Shown: positions 1-12,994, counted from the first letter of the stretch. The stretch is 64,000 nt of DNA from Malacoraja senta (GCA_038087875.1 CM075991.1:7194001-7258000); one strand, 5' to 3'. A program made the numbers and translations. The notes: generated by a model not told the origin, from the letters alone.

Positions 1-3000
1 CAACGCAATGGAAGTCAAAATAAGGTTTTTTCCCACCTACAGGTGGGTCACTTGCTACAGTGCCGACTATAGACACTGTAGCCTCACTTTTTTAGTTTTT
101 TTTTTATTACATAAAATCACTTGTTTGTGTTTTGTGTTTAGTGATAAGAATAATATGGACATACCAACAAAAGTTAATAATTCAAAAACTCCCCCAATAC
201 CTAAAGACGTGGGATATGGACGCACCACAAGATTCAAAGGTACTATAATTATTCAAAATGCATGACACCACACAAAAGAACCTAGGAGGAGTCTCATTTT
301 GTAGTTGGAATATAAGAGGTATTAATGAACCTATCAAAAGGGGTAAGATATTAGCTCAGCTAAAAATGTATAATTCTGACATTACCTTCCTACAAGAAAC
401 ACACCTAAAACCTCAGGACCAAGTTAGGCTGAGGGCGAAATGGATAGGTCAAACATACCACTCTTCATTCACTTCAAAATCTAGAGGCACGTCAATTATC
501 ATAAGAAAAGGTATACCATTTAAAGCAAAGAATATTATAACAGATATAGAAGGGAGATACCTAATAGTTAATGGAGAAATCCATGACACTCCACTTACTT
601 TGGTAAATATATATGCCCCTAACTTTGATAACCCCCACTTTTTCAATAAAATCTTCAATATAATTGCAGAGTCAAACTATCAAAATGTTATAATAGGCGG
701 AGACTTTAATTGTGTTTTAGACCCGTACTTAGATAAATCAAGTCAAAAACAGAGAGGGAATATGAAATCGAAAACTGGGGAACTCCTCAATACCTACATA
801 AACAACACTAATATAGCAGATGTTTGGAGAATTGTGAATCCAACTGGCAGGGAATATTCGTTTTACTCAATGGTACATAAGACATACTCACGTATAGACT
901 ACTTTCTGCTGGATACAAAATTAATCCCCCAAACATCTAATGCAATATATCATACAAATTCAATTTCAGACCATTCTCCACTAACTTTCTTTTTAAAACT
1001 GGAAGGATTGTCTAAGAATAATTCATTCTGGAGATTTAACTCTCAAATTTTAAAAGATCCACAAGCGAGTATATATTTAAAAGAACAAATGGAGGTCTTT
1101 TTTCAAACAAATGATACTTCAGATATATCGCCTACTTTACTTTGGGAATCTTTTAAAGCATACATTAGGGGTATTATAATTTCATATCAAGCTTTTCAAA
1201 ATAAAAAGAATAAGAATGAACAAAGACAGTTAGAAGAACTTATTAGACAAATGGATATAGATAATGCTAAAGATCCAACAATAGATAAACATAATAAAAT
1301 AATAATTTTAAAATTTAAATTAAATAAATTATTATCTGCCAAACTTATAAGACTTTTTCAAATTACAAAACAAGAGCACTTTGAATTTGGGGATAAACCG
1401 CATAAACTTTTGGCTCGCCAGCTAAAAAAACGAGAAAAGGAACATACTATACCAAAGATCAAATCAGATAAAGGGGAATTATTAACAACACCGAAGGATA
1501 TTAATAAAAGATTTGCGCAATTTTACGAGAATTTGTATACATCTAAAACGATAATTGATTCCAATAATATCACAAAGTTCTTGGATACCTGTAATCTTCC
1601 AAAGTTAGAGCTGAAGGAACAAGAGGAACTGGGTGCACAAATCTCAATTAAGGAATTAGAAGATACAATAAACTCACTAAAAAATGGAAAAACACCAGGC
1701 CCTGATGGATTTACTAATGAATTTTATAAAAACTTTTATGATAAAATAATACCAAGATTACAAAAAATGTACCAATACGCTTTTAAAAAACGAATACTAC
1801 CTGATACATTAGCGGAATCAACGATTACATTAATACCTAAGAAAAATAAGGATTTAGAAGAACCTGGCTCATATAGAGCTATAGCATTGTTAAACACAGA
1901 TCAAAAAATATTAGCGAAAACATTAGCCAGAAGATTAAGTAAATACATTAGTAAATTAATAAACCCAGATCAGACAGGGTTTATCCCTAAGAGATACTCT
2001 TCTAATAATATGAGACGTCTACTCAACATAATGCACTCACACAAATCTGAAGATCAAGAATTATCAATTATTTCGCTGGATGCTGAAAAAGCATTTGATC
2101 AAGTAGAATGGAATTATATGGATAAAGTATTACAAAAATTTCAACTGGGAGAGAATTTTATTTTATGGATTAAGTTACTATATAACAAACCTACAGCTAG
2201 AATACTTACTAATAACATATTATCCTCGAAATTTCAACTATCAAGGGGAAATAGACAAGGATGCTCATTATCACCACAGCTGTTTGCTCTCATTATTGAA
2301 CCGCTAGCAGGAAAAATTAGAATACACCCTGATATTCATGGATATAATACTAAAGACTCATATAATAAAATATCTTTATACGCGGATGATATATTATTGT
2401 ATATTACAAAACCTCAAATCACTATACCAAATATATTAAATTTAATTGAAGACTTCGGATCTTTTTCTGGATATAGAATAAATTGGAATAAAAGTGAAAT
2501 TATGTCAATAAAACCGAAAGATTCAACACATCTTTTAAAATTCCCTTTTAAAATAGCTACAGAAAAATTTAAATATTTGGGAATCGAAATTACCAGAGCA
2601 TATCAAGGTATGCTCAGGGCAAATTTTGACCCCCTACTTAATAAACTGAATACATTAATTAAATTCTGGAAAACGCTTCCGATGTCTTTAATAGGCCGAA
2701 TAAACGCAATAAAAATGATCTTTTTACCACAAATTTTATACCTATTTCAATCAATTCCTATATACTTACCTAAGAAGTTTTTTAAAAAACTCGACTCAGA
2801 TATCACTAATTTTATATGGGACTATAAATCACATAGAATACAAAAAACCCATCTGAATAAATCTAAAGTATTGGGGGGTCTAGCACTACCCAATTTTATG
2901 TATTATTATTGGTCAGTAAATATTAAAAACATGATTCAACTGATGGATAACTCCGCCCAGCAAGTAGACTGGATTGTAATGGAGAAAGAGGATTGCTCCT

Positions 3001-4466
3001 CTAGAAACATTGGAGCGATCCTCCTCTCTCCAATGAAATTGAATAACATAAACTATAATAAGAACCCAATTATTCATAGTACAATCCGTATTTGGAAACA
3101 AATAAAACAAAATTTAAAATTAAGAAACTTATCACTTTTATTACCTATAGTCAATAACCCTTCGTTTAGTCCTTCTATTATAGATAAAGCTTATACACAA
3201 TGGGATAGACTAGGAATTAAAACGCTTGGTGACTTGTATGAAACTGGAAAATTACTTTCATTTCAACAATTACAAATAAAATATAAACTCGGAAATAATC
3301 AATATTTTAAATACTTTCAAATATGCGACTATTTGAAAAAATATATAAAAGATCATCATAATAACCCAGCAGATGTACTGGACGAGGCAATGCAGACAAA
3401 AGCGGAATCAGCAAACTTAATATCATATTTGTACAATATTATCTTAAATGTACAAATACCATCTACGGAGGGTATCAGAAGAGACTGGGAACAAGAGTTA
3501 GCTATTAAAATTTCAAAGGAAAGTTGGAATGAATACTTATTAAAAGTACATAAATGCTCGATTAATGTAAGACACACTTTAATACAATTTAAAATTTTAC
3601 ATAGATTATATTATTCGAAAACTAAAATTCATAAAATTTTCCCAAACGTATCATCTATTTGTGATAAATGTCAATCCCAAGAAGCAACTATAGCGCACTC
3701 ATTTGTCTTCTGTACAAAAATTCAAAAATTTTGGAATGAAATTTTTGAAATCTTTACAAAGTTATTTAAAACAAGACTGATACCCAAAGCAGAATGGATT
3801 ATCTTCGGAATAACGGAAGATGATCCAGAACTAAATGTGTTTCAAAAGAAATTAATGGATTATGGGTTAATAACTGGAAAAAAGCTAATTCTAAAATTTT
3901 GGAAGAAGGCTCCAATACCAACTATAAATATGTGGATTTCAAATATGTTTGAAACACTACACCTTGAAGAGATAAGACTCCTCCTAGCAGGTAAACCAGA
4001 TCACTTCCACCTGACGTGGTCTGCATTTATAGAATTATTACAAACATAGGGTGCAAAAGTACTTTAAAAAAATAAAAAATTGAGGTCGGGTAAGGGGGGA
4101 TGATAGTTGAAGAGTTGGTATGTCCTATTTACGTGATGCTCAAAAAAAAACATTTGTTTTTCTTTTTTTCTCTCTCTCTTTTCTTTTCTTAGGGCCTATT
4201 TCTTAACTCTTTTTCTTTTTGTTTTTAATTTCGCTCTCATAGGGTCCTCGTCCTTTTTTTTTGTTGTTACATTTTCTACACTTTTCTACACTTGCACTTT
4301 TTCCTTCACTTTCTTCTCTCTTTCAATCTTTTCTTTCTTTAGTGTAAAAAAAATAAATAAAGGGAGTACATTAATTGTAAGAAGATATAAATGACGAGTA
4401 TTAATGTATGTGGCTGTGATGTAATGTACTTCTAATAAATAAAAATTAAAAAAAAAAAAAAAAAAA
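1..4466 (+). mobile_element. L1 retrotransposon (upstream spacer, ORF2, T-rich 3'UTR, poly(A)); 5' part lies outside the window
   Basis: ORF2 followed by ~400 nt 3'UTR, AATAAA-type signals near 4433-4443 and A-tail to 4466; 3'UTR recurs at 26511-26899 and 45437-45790. Confidence 0.93.
258..4049 (+). CDS. L1-clade LINE ORF2 (APE endonuclease, reverse transcriptase, C-terminal zinc knuckle), uninterrupted 1263 aa
   Basis: APE motifs SWNIRG, LQETH, GGDFN, SRIDY, SDH; RT motifs PGPDGF, SLDAEKAFD, RQGC, LYADD, YLG; C-terminal CDKC-x8-H-x4-C. Confidence 0.96.
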   Translation: MHDTTQKNLGGVSFCSWNIRGINEPIKRGKILAQLKMYNSDITFLQETHLKPQDQVRLRAKWIGQTYHSSFTSKSRGTSIIIRKGIPFKAKNIITDIEGRYLIVNGEIHDTPLTLVNIYAPNFDNPHFFNKIFNIIAESNYQNVIIGGDFNCVLDPYLDKSSQKQRGNMKSKTGELLNTYINNTNIADVWRIVNPTGREYSFYSMVHKTYSRIDYFLLDTKLIPQTSNAIYHTNSISDHSPLTFFLKLEGLSKNNSFWRFNSQILKDPQASIYLKEQMEVFFQTNDTSDISPTLLWESFKAYIRGIIISYQAFQNKKNKNEQRQLEELIRQMDIDNAKDPTIDKHNKIIILKFKLNKLLSAKLIRLFQITKQEHFEFGDKPHKLLARQLKKREKEHTIPKIKSDKGELLTTPKDINKRFAQFYENLYTSKTIIDSNNITKFLDTCNLPKLELKEQEELGAQISIKELEDTINSLKNGKTPGPDGFTNEFYKNFYDKIIPRLQKMYQYAFKKRILPDTLAESTITLIPKKNKDLEEPGSYRAIALLNTDQKILAKTLARRLSKYISKLINPDQTGFIPKRYSSNNMRRLLNIMHSHKSEDQELSIISLDAEKAFDQVEWNYMDKVLQKFQLGENFILWIKLLYNKPTARILTNNILSSKFQLSRGNRQGCSLSPQLFALIIEPLAGKIRIHPDIHGYNTKDSYNKISLYADDILLYITKPQITIPNILNLIEDFGSFSGYRINWNKSEIMSIKPKDSTHLLKFPFKIATEKFKYLGIEITRAYQGMLRANFDPLLNKLNTLIKFWKTLPMSLIGRINAIKMIFLPQILYLFQSIPIYLPKKFFKKLDSDITNFIWDYKSHRIQKTHLNKSKVLGGLALPNFMYYYWSVNIKNMIQLMDNSAQQVDWIVMEKEDCSSRNIGAILLSPMKLNNINYNKNPIIHSTIRIWKQIKQNLKLRNLSLLLPIVNNPSFSPSIIDKAYTQWDRLGIKTLGDLYETGKLLSFQQLQIKYKLGNNQYFKYFQICDYLKKYIKDHHNNPADVLDEAMQTKAESANLISYLYNIILNVQIPSTEGIRRDWEQELAIKISKESWNEYLLKVHKCSINVRHTLIQFKILHRLYYSKTKIHKIFPNVSSICDKCQSQEATIAHSFVFCTKIQKFWNEIFEIFTKLFKTRLIPKAEWIIFGITEDDPELNVFQKKLMDYGLITGKKLILKFWKKAPIPTINMWISNMFETLHLEEIRLLLAGKPDHFHLTWSAFIELLQT

Positions 4467-5150
4467 TCAGGCCTAGTGACAGAAACAAGAACATTATCAT
4501 CTGCGACAAGCATTTGAATTGTGTTTTTTGAATGAAATTAACAGCAGGATGCCATGAAAACACAAGCAATTGTGATATCTAAATGGAGCCAGGCTCATGT
4601 AAAGTATTGTACAGTAAATGGATAATGAGGGCACATTCAGAGGTGCTTCAGACAAACATCACTGATTAAACTGAAAATGGCTCAAAACCATGGCCCAATT
4701 TGGATAAGTAGGGTTAAGTACAGTGAAAAAATTCCACACTGTGTGGAATATATTTAATAACGTTGCTGACACGATTTATGTGACCTACATTTTTTATAAC
4801 AAATATTCATGCAAAAGAATGCATTATAACAAGGCCAGGAGTGGTGTAAATCGCAGCTCGCTGCAGTTCAATGTTTTATGGCTGTGGCACGAAGGATGAT
4901 TAATACTATGGTATGTACGAGAAATTTTATAATATATTCAGTCTCGCTTTAAAGAATACTTAGTCATCAATTCAACACAAGAAGTTTAAGTATGTAACTT
5001 GGAGAATGCAAAACAATGGTAGATGCAAGGGTTTGATAATTACTCTTTGGAAACATGGTAATTTGTTTAAAGTCAATGTAGAAGAAGAATGTAAAGAAGG
5101 TTCAATAATGAGAAGCCCTCCAGAAACGAATGAGTGACGGTTTCATGCTT

Positions 5151-5457
5151 CGTTTCATTTACAGATACAGCGCGTAAACAGGGCCTTCAGCCCACCGACT
5201 CTGCGCCGACCAGCGATCCCCATACACTAGCACTATCCTACACACGAAGGACAAATTACAAATGTACCAAAACCAATTAACCTACAAACCTGTACATCTT
5301 TGGAGGGTGGGACGAAGCCAGAGTTCCCGGATAAAATGCAGGCGGTCATGGGGAGAACGTACAAACTCCATACAGACAGCACCCATAGTCAAGGATCAAA
5401 CCCGCGTCTCTAGCGCTGTAAAGCAGCAGCACTACCGCAGCGCCACTGTGCCACCCC
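5151..5457 (-). mobile_element. tRNA-derived V-SINE (HE1-like)
   Basis: Minus strand: tRNA-like head GGCACAGTGGCGCTGCGGTAG with B-box GGTTTGATCC, V-domain GGAGTTTGTACGTTCTCCCC, CR1-like tail GAAGGGCCTGTTT..GCTGTATCT. Confidence 0.85.
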
Positions 5458-5527
5458 TCTGGGAATTAAAAATTAAAAATTGTCTTAAAGGGTAACCTAA
5501 AAATATTTAAGGCGGGTAAATCTGACT

Positions 5528-5712
5528 TAAGACACAAAATGGTGGAGTAACAGCAGCATCCGTGGAGAGCATGGATAGATGACATTTCTGACATAAGAAG
5601 GGTCCCGACCCGAAATGTGTTCCTGTCAATGTGATACTGCCTGTCACACTGAGTTACTCCAGCATTTTGTGTCTTTCCTCAGTAAACCTGCATTTGCAGT
5701 TCCTTGTTTCTA
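5528..5712. mobile_element. Penelope-derived short inverted-repeat element, degenerate hammerhead-like core
   Basis: Inverted arms gacacaaaatg..ggagtaac and gttactccagcattttgtgtc around aagaagggtcccgacccgaaa. Confidence 0.65.
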
Positions 5713-5929
5713 CCTCTCTATTCGATAGATGGACTATCTTCCCTCTCCACTCTCAGTCCTGATGCAGGATCTTGTTTCTACAAATATGATGTTACATTGT
5801 GAGTGGGTTCATTTTGCAGAACACAATTGCAGTTAGTTTGGGTGCACCACACACAAAGGCAGAGCAGGGGAAATGACACAGATGCAAAGGGAACACAAAA
5901 AAATCTTGAATCATTCTAGGGATGGATTG

Positions 5930-6235
5930 ATTGAAAGATACAGCATGGAAACATGCCCTTCTGGCCCACCGAGTCCATGACGACCATTGATTCACAATAG
6001 TTCACACTAGCTCTTTATTATCCCACATTCACATCCACTCCCTACACACTAGCAGCAGTTTACAGAGACCAACTAACCTACAAACCCTTGCATCTTTGGG
6101 ATGTGGGAAGAAATCAGAGGAAATCACAGGGAGAATATGCAAATTCCACACAGATGGCATCCAAGGGCAGGATCGAACCCTTGTCTTTGGCGCATTGAGG
6201 CCTGAGGCCTACCAGCTGCACCACTGTGCTGCCCT
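5930..6235 (-). mobile_element. V-SINE (older subfamily)
   Basis: Same head/core/tail layout as 5151-5457, more diverged. Confidence 0.75.
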
Positions 6236-6532
6236 CACAGGTCACAGGCATAAGGAAAGGTGAGCCTGTAAAGAAATTTGAAAAGAAGGAGGACAATTTT
6301 AACGAGGAATAATAATCAGGAGGGGGATCGGCACCTACAGGGGTAATGGTGCAACACAGTCAAACAGAGGGCCATGGAGAGATACAGCATGGAAGCAGGC
6401 CCACTGAGTCCTCAATTAATATCAACCATACTTTTAACTGCAATTCTACATTAATCCTTTTCCCTTGCATTGTTATAAGCTCCTCCACTCACTTACACAA
6501 TTTAGGCAATTTACAGTGGCCAATTAGTTTCC

Positions 6533-6667
6533 CAGTCTGAAGAATAGGTCGAGACCCGAAACATTACCTATTCCTTCTCTTCAGAGATGCTGCCTGTCCC
6601 GCTGAGTACTCTAGCATTTTGTGTCTATCTTCGGTTGAAACCAGCATCTGCAGTTCCTTCCTACACA
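6533..6667 (+). mobile_element. Penelope-derived 3' terminal fragment with hammerhead-like core
   Basis: ctgaaga..gacccgaaacatt followed by the conserved tail gatgctgcctgtcccgctgagt..cagcatctgcagttccttcctacaca. Confidence 0.7.
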
Positions 6668-7087
6668 AATTCCCATTCTGCATGTCTTTGGAGTTTGGGA
6701 AGAACTGGGACCACCTAGATGAATCTCATAACACTGCGACTTGTGTTTGGACATGCGCTTGCATGATCTTGTTTGGAGGAGACAAATTACTTTGGATTTG
6801 GGGATCCTCTCAGGAGAACATTCTATCCTCACCTCCAATTTCATTGCCTTACTTGACCTTCAACAAATTGGAAGGCAAACTAGGGATAAGTCATAAATAA
6901 AACACAAAGTGCTGGGGGAACTCAGCAGGTCAGACGACATCCGTGGAAGGAAAGGGTAGGTAATGTGCTTGAGTAAAACACAAAGTGCTGGAGGAACTCA
7001 GAGTGTCAGGTCAGGTCTGTCACCTGTCCATTCCATCCACAAATGCTGCTTCACCCACTGAGTTCCTTCAGCACCTTCAGCAACTTT

Positions 7088-7370
7088 AGGGAGGCACGGT
7101 GGCGTGGCAGTAGAGTTGCTGCCTTAGAGCGCCAGAGACACGGGTTCTATCCTGACTACGGGTGCTATCTGTACGGAGTTTGTACTTTCTCCCCATGAAC
7201 TGCGTGGGTTTTCTCCAAGATCTTTGGTTTCTTCCCACACTCCAAAGAGGTTCATTGACTTGGTGTAGTGTGTGTAGGATGGTGTTAATGTGTGGGGATC
7301 GCTGGTCGGTGCGGACTTGGTGGGCCAAAGGGCCAGTTTCCACGCCTTATCTCTAAACTAAAGCCAACTA
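7088..7370 (+). mobile_element. V-SINE (HE1-like)
   Basis: ggcacggtggcgtggcagtagag head, V-domain, tail ctctaaactaaa. Confidence 0.85.
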
Positions 7371-7559
7371 AACCTTTCTCTAGGTTCCAGCAGTTCCTTG
7401 TGTTTTCTAGAGATAGACCATGGGTATTTTCAAGAAATGTTGTGCTTCTGGACCATTGCGATGTTGGTTAAAATGAGCACCATTGTTCTACTGCAAAAGT
7501 GAACAATTTCATAGTATTTGATTGGTATTCTGATAAATACAATGAGATAAATAAAGTTA

Positions 7560-7848
7560 AAGTCGTCGTACTAATTTCATAGTTGCCCTGGTGAGTTTCG
7601 CTGTCTGTAAAACTAATCACCTACCCACAGCCAACCATGGACCATTGTGGCTTCCACCTTTCGTTGATCATTGTTGCTTTTTGCACATTTTTCATTCATT
7701 TGTTTTATGTACCTTCTCTACCTCTGGTTTCCCTTTCCCCTGACTCTCAGTCCGAAGAAGGGTCTCGACCCGAAACGTCACCTATTCCTTTTCTCCAGAG
7801 ATGTTGCCTGATCCAACTGGGTCACTCCAGCTTTTTGTGCCTATCTTC
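7560..7848 (+). mobile_element. Penelope-like element 3' region (pLTR-like)
   Basis: Homologous to the reverse complement of 40610-40860; contains ccgaagaagggtctcgacccgaaacgtc at 7752-7779. Confidence 0.7.
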
Positions 7849-8708
7849 TAAATTAAGTTTATTTTCTCTGCTGAGTGAGTATTTTGAGGATGGAAGATTT
7901 TGTTCCCCCAACTCTCTCACTGTAGATTAGGTTGCACAATAACCCTTTTCCCTGTAGCTTTAAGTGTGAGAGTCTGGATATTTTGGTTGTGAATTGTGAA
8001 TCCAGGCATTTGCTGCTACTGGCAAACTTTCTACATTCTTAAATGACTGCCTTTGATTATAACTGTGATATAAATTTGCAGTTTGGTGTTTGAAGTGCTG
8101 AATGTATGAATTGTGAGCAGTTTTTAATTACTTTTGTTGGTAAGGCACATGCCATTTGACACAAATAATATTGTAAAAATCTGCAGCGTGCCTTAAATTA
8201 GAATATTTCTGTGGAGCCTTTTGAACAGCTTTGATCCTGCTCATGGCATTAGGGTTATTAAATCAATTCTGTTTGAAAAGGGTCAATCTGTATCATAAGG
8301 TACCTTTCAAATGAAAAGGCAGATTTTTAAATAATTCATAAAGTGATATAAATTCATCACATGGGCTGTCTCACAATCGCAGCACCTCCAACAGAAGAGA
8401 TGAAGCCATCAGGAATAAAGTATGCAACTGCACAAATATGTACAAAATGTTCCATTTAAGAACATAGAATATTGAATAGTACAGCACAGGAACAGGCCCT
8501 TCAGCCCACAATGTCAGTGCTACCAAACTTTGCAACCCACCCTAGACGTCCATCCTAAAGTTGTGTTACTTGAACTGATAGCCTTGCTAATTGTTCTATG
8601 GAAGTATATTTGATCATATTTCTGCAAGAATTAGTTGAGCCTTATGACATTGACCACAATATACATGGTGTTTACGTCACTGGGCTGACAATCCACAAGC
8701 TTGGATGT

Positions 8709-8736
8709 CTGAAGATGGGCCTCGACCCGAAACGTC
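8709..8736 (+). ncRNA. Minimal type I hammerhead-ribozyme-like core in a Penelope-derived repeat
   Basis: CUGAAGA-U-GGGCCUCGACCC-GAAAC-GUC; conserved core nucleotides present, palindromic ACGU stem III; stem I weak. Confidence 0.5.
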
Positions 8737-8812
8737 ACCTCTCCATGTTCTCAAGAGATGCTGCCTGGCCTGCTGAATTACTCCAGCACGTTGCGTCCTT
8801 TTGTATATAGGC

Positions 8813-9160
8813 TGAAATCTCGCCATAGCATCCGGGGAATTTAAATTCACTGAGTTAAATAAATGAATAAAATGCCCCCATCAATATTTTGAGTGTGAGA
8901 TGATCAGATTGTTGAAGCCCCATCTGCTTCACCAGCATCTGCAATTCCTTGCGTCTACATTTTATTGCTTTGCCAGTATCGTTCAGGAAAGGAAAGGCAA
9001 TGTGGAGTGTGTCCTACTCCAAACCAACAGCATTTGTATATGATGCTCAACTGCCCTCTGAAACGGCCCATTAAACCACTTGGTTCAAGACAATTAGGGA
9101 TAGATAGTAAATACTGGCATTACCAATGGCCCCGAGTCTGTGAACAAATTATAAAAGAAA
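8813..9160 (+). mobile_element. Decayed Deu-SINE (SacSINE1-like)
   Basis: Tail aactgccctctgaaacggccc..aaccacttggttcaagacaattagggat..tggcattacc resembles the shark Deu-SINE tail as I recall it; not aligned. Confidence 0.5.
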
Positions 9161-9872
9161 CGGTTAATGACAAGAATGCTGTATTGGGCAATGGAGATGG
9201 ATTGATCATATAATAATCTCCTTCTTAATAGACCTTTACCAATGAGCAGAGATATGAAAATCAGTGTTCCATGGAGATGGAACTGTGTTTTAAGTAGTTT
9301 CTGACTATTAAGACAATTTGTGTAAACAGCACAGTTCCTGAATTTGTGCTTTTAATTACTAACTCTTCCCCTTGGGGGAAGAAAGTGCTTAAATAACTAT
9401 GTCTCAATGTCATTCTGGTACTGTTTCCAGGGCAAATTGAATCAGTAATGCTAGCCCTCTGCTTAACACTCAGGAAGGGTTTATTGACATCAAGACATTC
9501 TGGTTTTAGAAATCTTATCTTATAAGGAGAAACCAGCTTATCACTGGCTGAATGAACACATAGGAATTAAGTTGCTTTTATTTTTCTCACTGTAATACTT
9601 GGGGAGAAAAAGTTGTTGTTATAAGCAGCCAAATATTTACAAGTATATAAAATTATGAGAGGCATAGATAGGGCAGTGAGTCAGAACCTTTTTATCCAGG
9701 GTGGAAATATCAAATTAAAGGGCGCAGCTTTAAGGTCATTGGGGCACAGATTAAAGCAGATGCAAGGGGCAAGTTTTTTTTTAACTGTTTCTATGTTCCT
9801 TGCTTGATGTCATGTTTCAAGTGAAATATCTGCAGAGTGATGGTCATAACAAATGCAAACCTCCCTTGCCCT

Positions 9873-10118
9873 CAGATGCTGGTTTACACCAAAGATAGAC
9901 ACAAAAAACAAGATTAACTCAGCGGGTCAGACAACATCTCTGGAGAAAAGGAATCAGTGACGTTTCAGGTCGAGTCCCTTCTTCTGACCTCGATCCGGTC
10001 TCGACCCAAAACGTCACCTATTCCTTTTCTCCAGAGATGCTGTCTGACCCGTTGAGTTACTCCAGGTTTTTGTGTGTATCTTAGGTGAAAACCAGCATCT
10101 GCAGTTCCTTCCTACACA
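9873..10118. mobile_element. Palindromic Penelope-derived element
   Basis: Arms cagatgctggttt..aactcagcgggtcagacaacatctctggagaaaaggaat and attccttttctccagagatgctgtctgacccgttgagtt..aaaccagcatctg. Confidence 0.75.
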
Positions 10119-10919
10119 TCACTTGGCCTTGCACGTACTCTCACAAGGTGTTCCATATTAATAAAACAAATGTAACAAGCACAGCATGTTTTAGATAAGA
10201 ACCCCTTGCAAGCTGAAATTGCTAATTGCTTCATGTTTTGAAACTGAATGGTGAAAGCTAGGGCAATGGATAAGTGATTTTGATTAATAAATCAAATTAG
10301 AATGTGTGGACCTTGTGGAAGTAGTGCTGCCGAATCAATAATATAGTCTATCCCTAAATGTTTGCAAGTTGTCCTTATTATTAGTTCTAACCGTGTGCAC
10401 CAACTGCACCCTGCAAAAATGTGTATGGAAATATCTGATTTTGATTCTATCTAACTGTAAATCAACTATTATTTACAACTGTGAAGTCATCGAGTCATAC
10501 CGCACGGAAACAGGCCCTTCAGCCCAACTTGCCCTTGGCGACCAGCATGCCCCATCTACGCTAGTCGCGCCTGCCCACATTAGCCGACATCCCTCCAAAC
10601 CTCTCCTATCCTTGTACCCGTCCATTATGGATATCTCATAACTTGACCAATGTCTTACAAAATAATTTGTTCTTTGAATTCTGTTCTTGGAAATAGTTCC
10701 TGTTTTACTCTCTTGACAATTACAGTTGTCCTCCTTTCAGTGCCGTTTTTCCCTCTCATCTGGTGGTTACTATATTAGGAAATATTTTCCATTGGGCTTA
10801 GATGCCCGATATTTTGAAGTTGTGATATTGTTACTTCTGTTTTTGATTCCCGTTCAGCACACTGCAGACCTCACTTTCTTGCATTCAATCTACTATAAGA
10901 ATCAAATCATTTTGGCAGC

Positions 10920-11207
10920 TTTGGAAACAAGCCCTTCGACCCACCGAATCCACACTGACCAGCGATCCCCGCACATTAATGCTATCCTACACACACTAGG
11001 GGCAATTTTTATATTCATACCCAGCCAATTAACCTACAAACCTGTACGTCTTTGGAGTGTGAGTGGAAACCGGAGCACCCGGAGAAAATTCACACGGGTC
11101 ACGGGGGAACATACAAACTCCGTACAGACAGCACATGTAGTCGGGATTGAACCCGGGTCGCTGGCGCTTTAAGTGCTGTAAGGTAGCAACTCTCATGCTA
11201 TGCCACC
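10920..11207 (-). mobile_element. V-SINE (HE1-like)
   Basis: Reverse complement of head, V-domain and tail. Confidence 0.85.
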
Positions 11208-11705
11208 TTTGAAAGACGAAAATAATCCCGAAACAACTTTGATAAGATTGGTTTGCATCTTTGATAATGAGCACTGACTGCGAGATGGAGAGCGCACACA
11301 TTATCCTAATTATACAGACAGTTTTTACTTTATTGTGTTTGTGCTAGGCTTGAATCTGCTGAATTATTTTTAGTGCATTCTAACTTAAATCTTGTTGCGG
11401 TTGTTAAAAAAATGTATGAAGTCAAGGTGAGGTTGAGTAAATCTCCCTATGATTAAAAGTGGCACAGGAAATATGTCATGGCAGGTGTTTTATGTCAGCC
11501 CTTCCATAGGTAGCGCATTGGTTTGGATGTTCACAGAAAAATTGGGCTTTTTATAGGTTATTTTTATTTGTGCTATTTTAATTTAATACTTTGCCCCAGG
11601 CATTTGCATTAGCCTATGCATCACTTCAGAAGGAAGTGGTTAAATAATAGTTATTAATTTTTTTTAGTTTAGTTTAACTTCCGAATTCCAAACTTCAAGG
11701 TATGT

Positions 11706-12008
11706 GGGCGACACCGTGGTGTAGCGGTAGAGCTACCGCCTTACAACGCCAGAGACCCGGGTTCGATCCCGACTACGGGTGCTGTCTGTACAGAGTTTGT
11801 ACGTTCTCCCCGTGACCAGTGTGACTTTTCTCCGAGATCTCCGGTTTCCTCCCACGCTACAAAGACATACAGGCTTGTAGGTTAATTGGCTTGGTATAAT
11901 TGTAAATTGTCCCTAGTGTGTAGGGTAGTGTTAATACGCGGGGATCACTGGTCGGCATGGACTCGGTGGGCCGAAGGGCCTGTTTCCGCGCTGTATCTTT
12001 AAGCTAAA
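11706..12008 (+). mobile_element. V-SINE (HE1-like), near full length
   Basis: A-box tggtgtagcggt, B-box ggttcgatccc, V-domain, tail gggccgaagggcctgtttccgcgctgtatc. Confidence 0.88.
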
Positions 12009-12994
12009 CGTGATATCTCTAAGTTTCCCAGCCATAATAACTTGCTTAGAACTGTCATAGATAGGATCTTCTCTCATATGATTGTCCACACTGACAATTT
12101 CCTTGCTTCTGCGCTAAGGAACAGAGGTATAGGTTTGAACAGTTTGAATAATATGACACAAATATCTTGGACGATTTTCTCAATTTTTCTGCTGCAGTCT
12201 CAGAGGAAGGAACTGAAGGAAGAAAAGAAGCAATATAAAGTAAAACAACAAGCTTTATGTGTTAATGAATCTATAGGACCCGCTTGGGAAGGCATTGTTG
12301 GATGGCAGACGATATTGCTGAGAATTTTGTGGAGAGTTTTCTTTTAATTTAATGACTGTTGCTTCTTCTAGACAAGTTGTGGCCAATCTTCAATCCACCT
12401 AAACTGGAAAATATGATAAACCTGCCAAATTTTACCTCAGAATCAGCAGTAATGAAATATAAAAAATCGGCACTCTCTCTTGAGCACGTTATGGGAAAAA
12501 ATTAATCATGACATGGAAGATATACACAAAGAACAAATGTCCTTTTCCAAAGTTGAGCAACATAATTCCTTTGCTATGGAGAGAAGGAATGGGTGACATT
12601 TCGGGACTCAACTCGAAACGTCACCCATTCCTTCTCTCCAGAGATGCTCCCACTGAGTTACTCCAGCATTTTGTCTCTATCTTCAGTTTTGTCCCTATCT
12701 TCATTTTGTCTATCTTCAGCATCTACAGTTCCTATCTACATAATTCCTTTACTTGCAGTCTCTTTAATTATTATCTCATTACCGAGAAGGGTGTTATTAT
12801 GCTCAAGGAAAATTGATTTGCCTGGATACAGTGGGCCGGAGGGCCTGTTTCTGCGTTCTATGATTTATATTAAAGATTTTGAACTTGTTTGCTGCAAATT
12901 TCTAGATGCACATAACGGAATGAATTCCTTAGGACTTTTAGGATGGATTAACGACGGGATATTCTGAAAACCATTATGTAGTATCTCTGTCAGG

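Noticed and set aside
8..265. 85-aa ORF upstream of L1 ORF2 as ORF1
   Set aside because: No L1 ORF1 features; reads through T-rich spacer sequence.
12180..12245. Possible small host exon (pyrimidine tract-cag, SQRKELKEEKKQYK, gtaaaa)
   Set aside because: Weak donor site, no recognisable protein similarity and no neighbouring exons.
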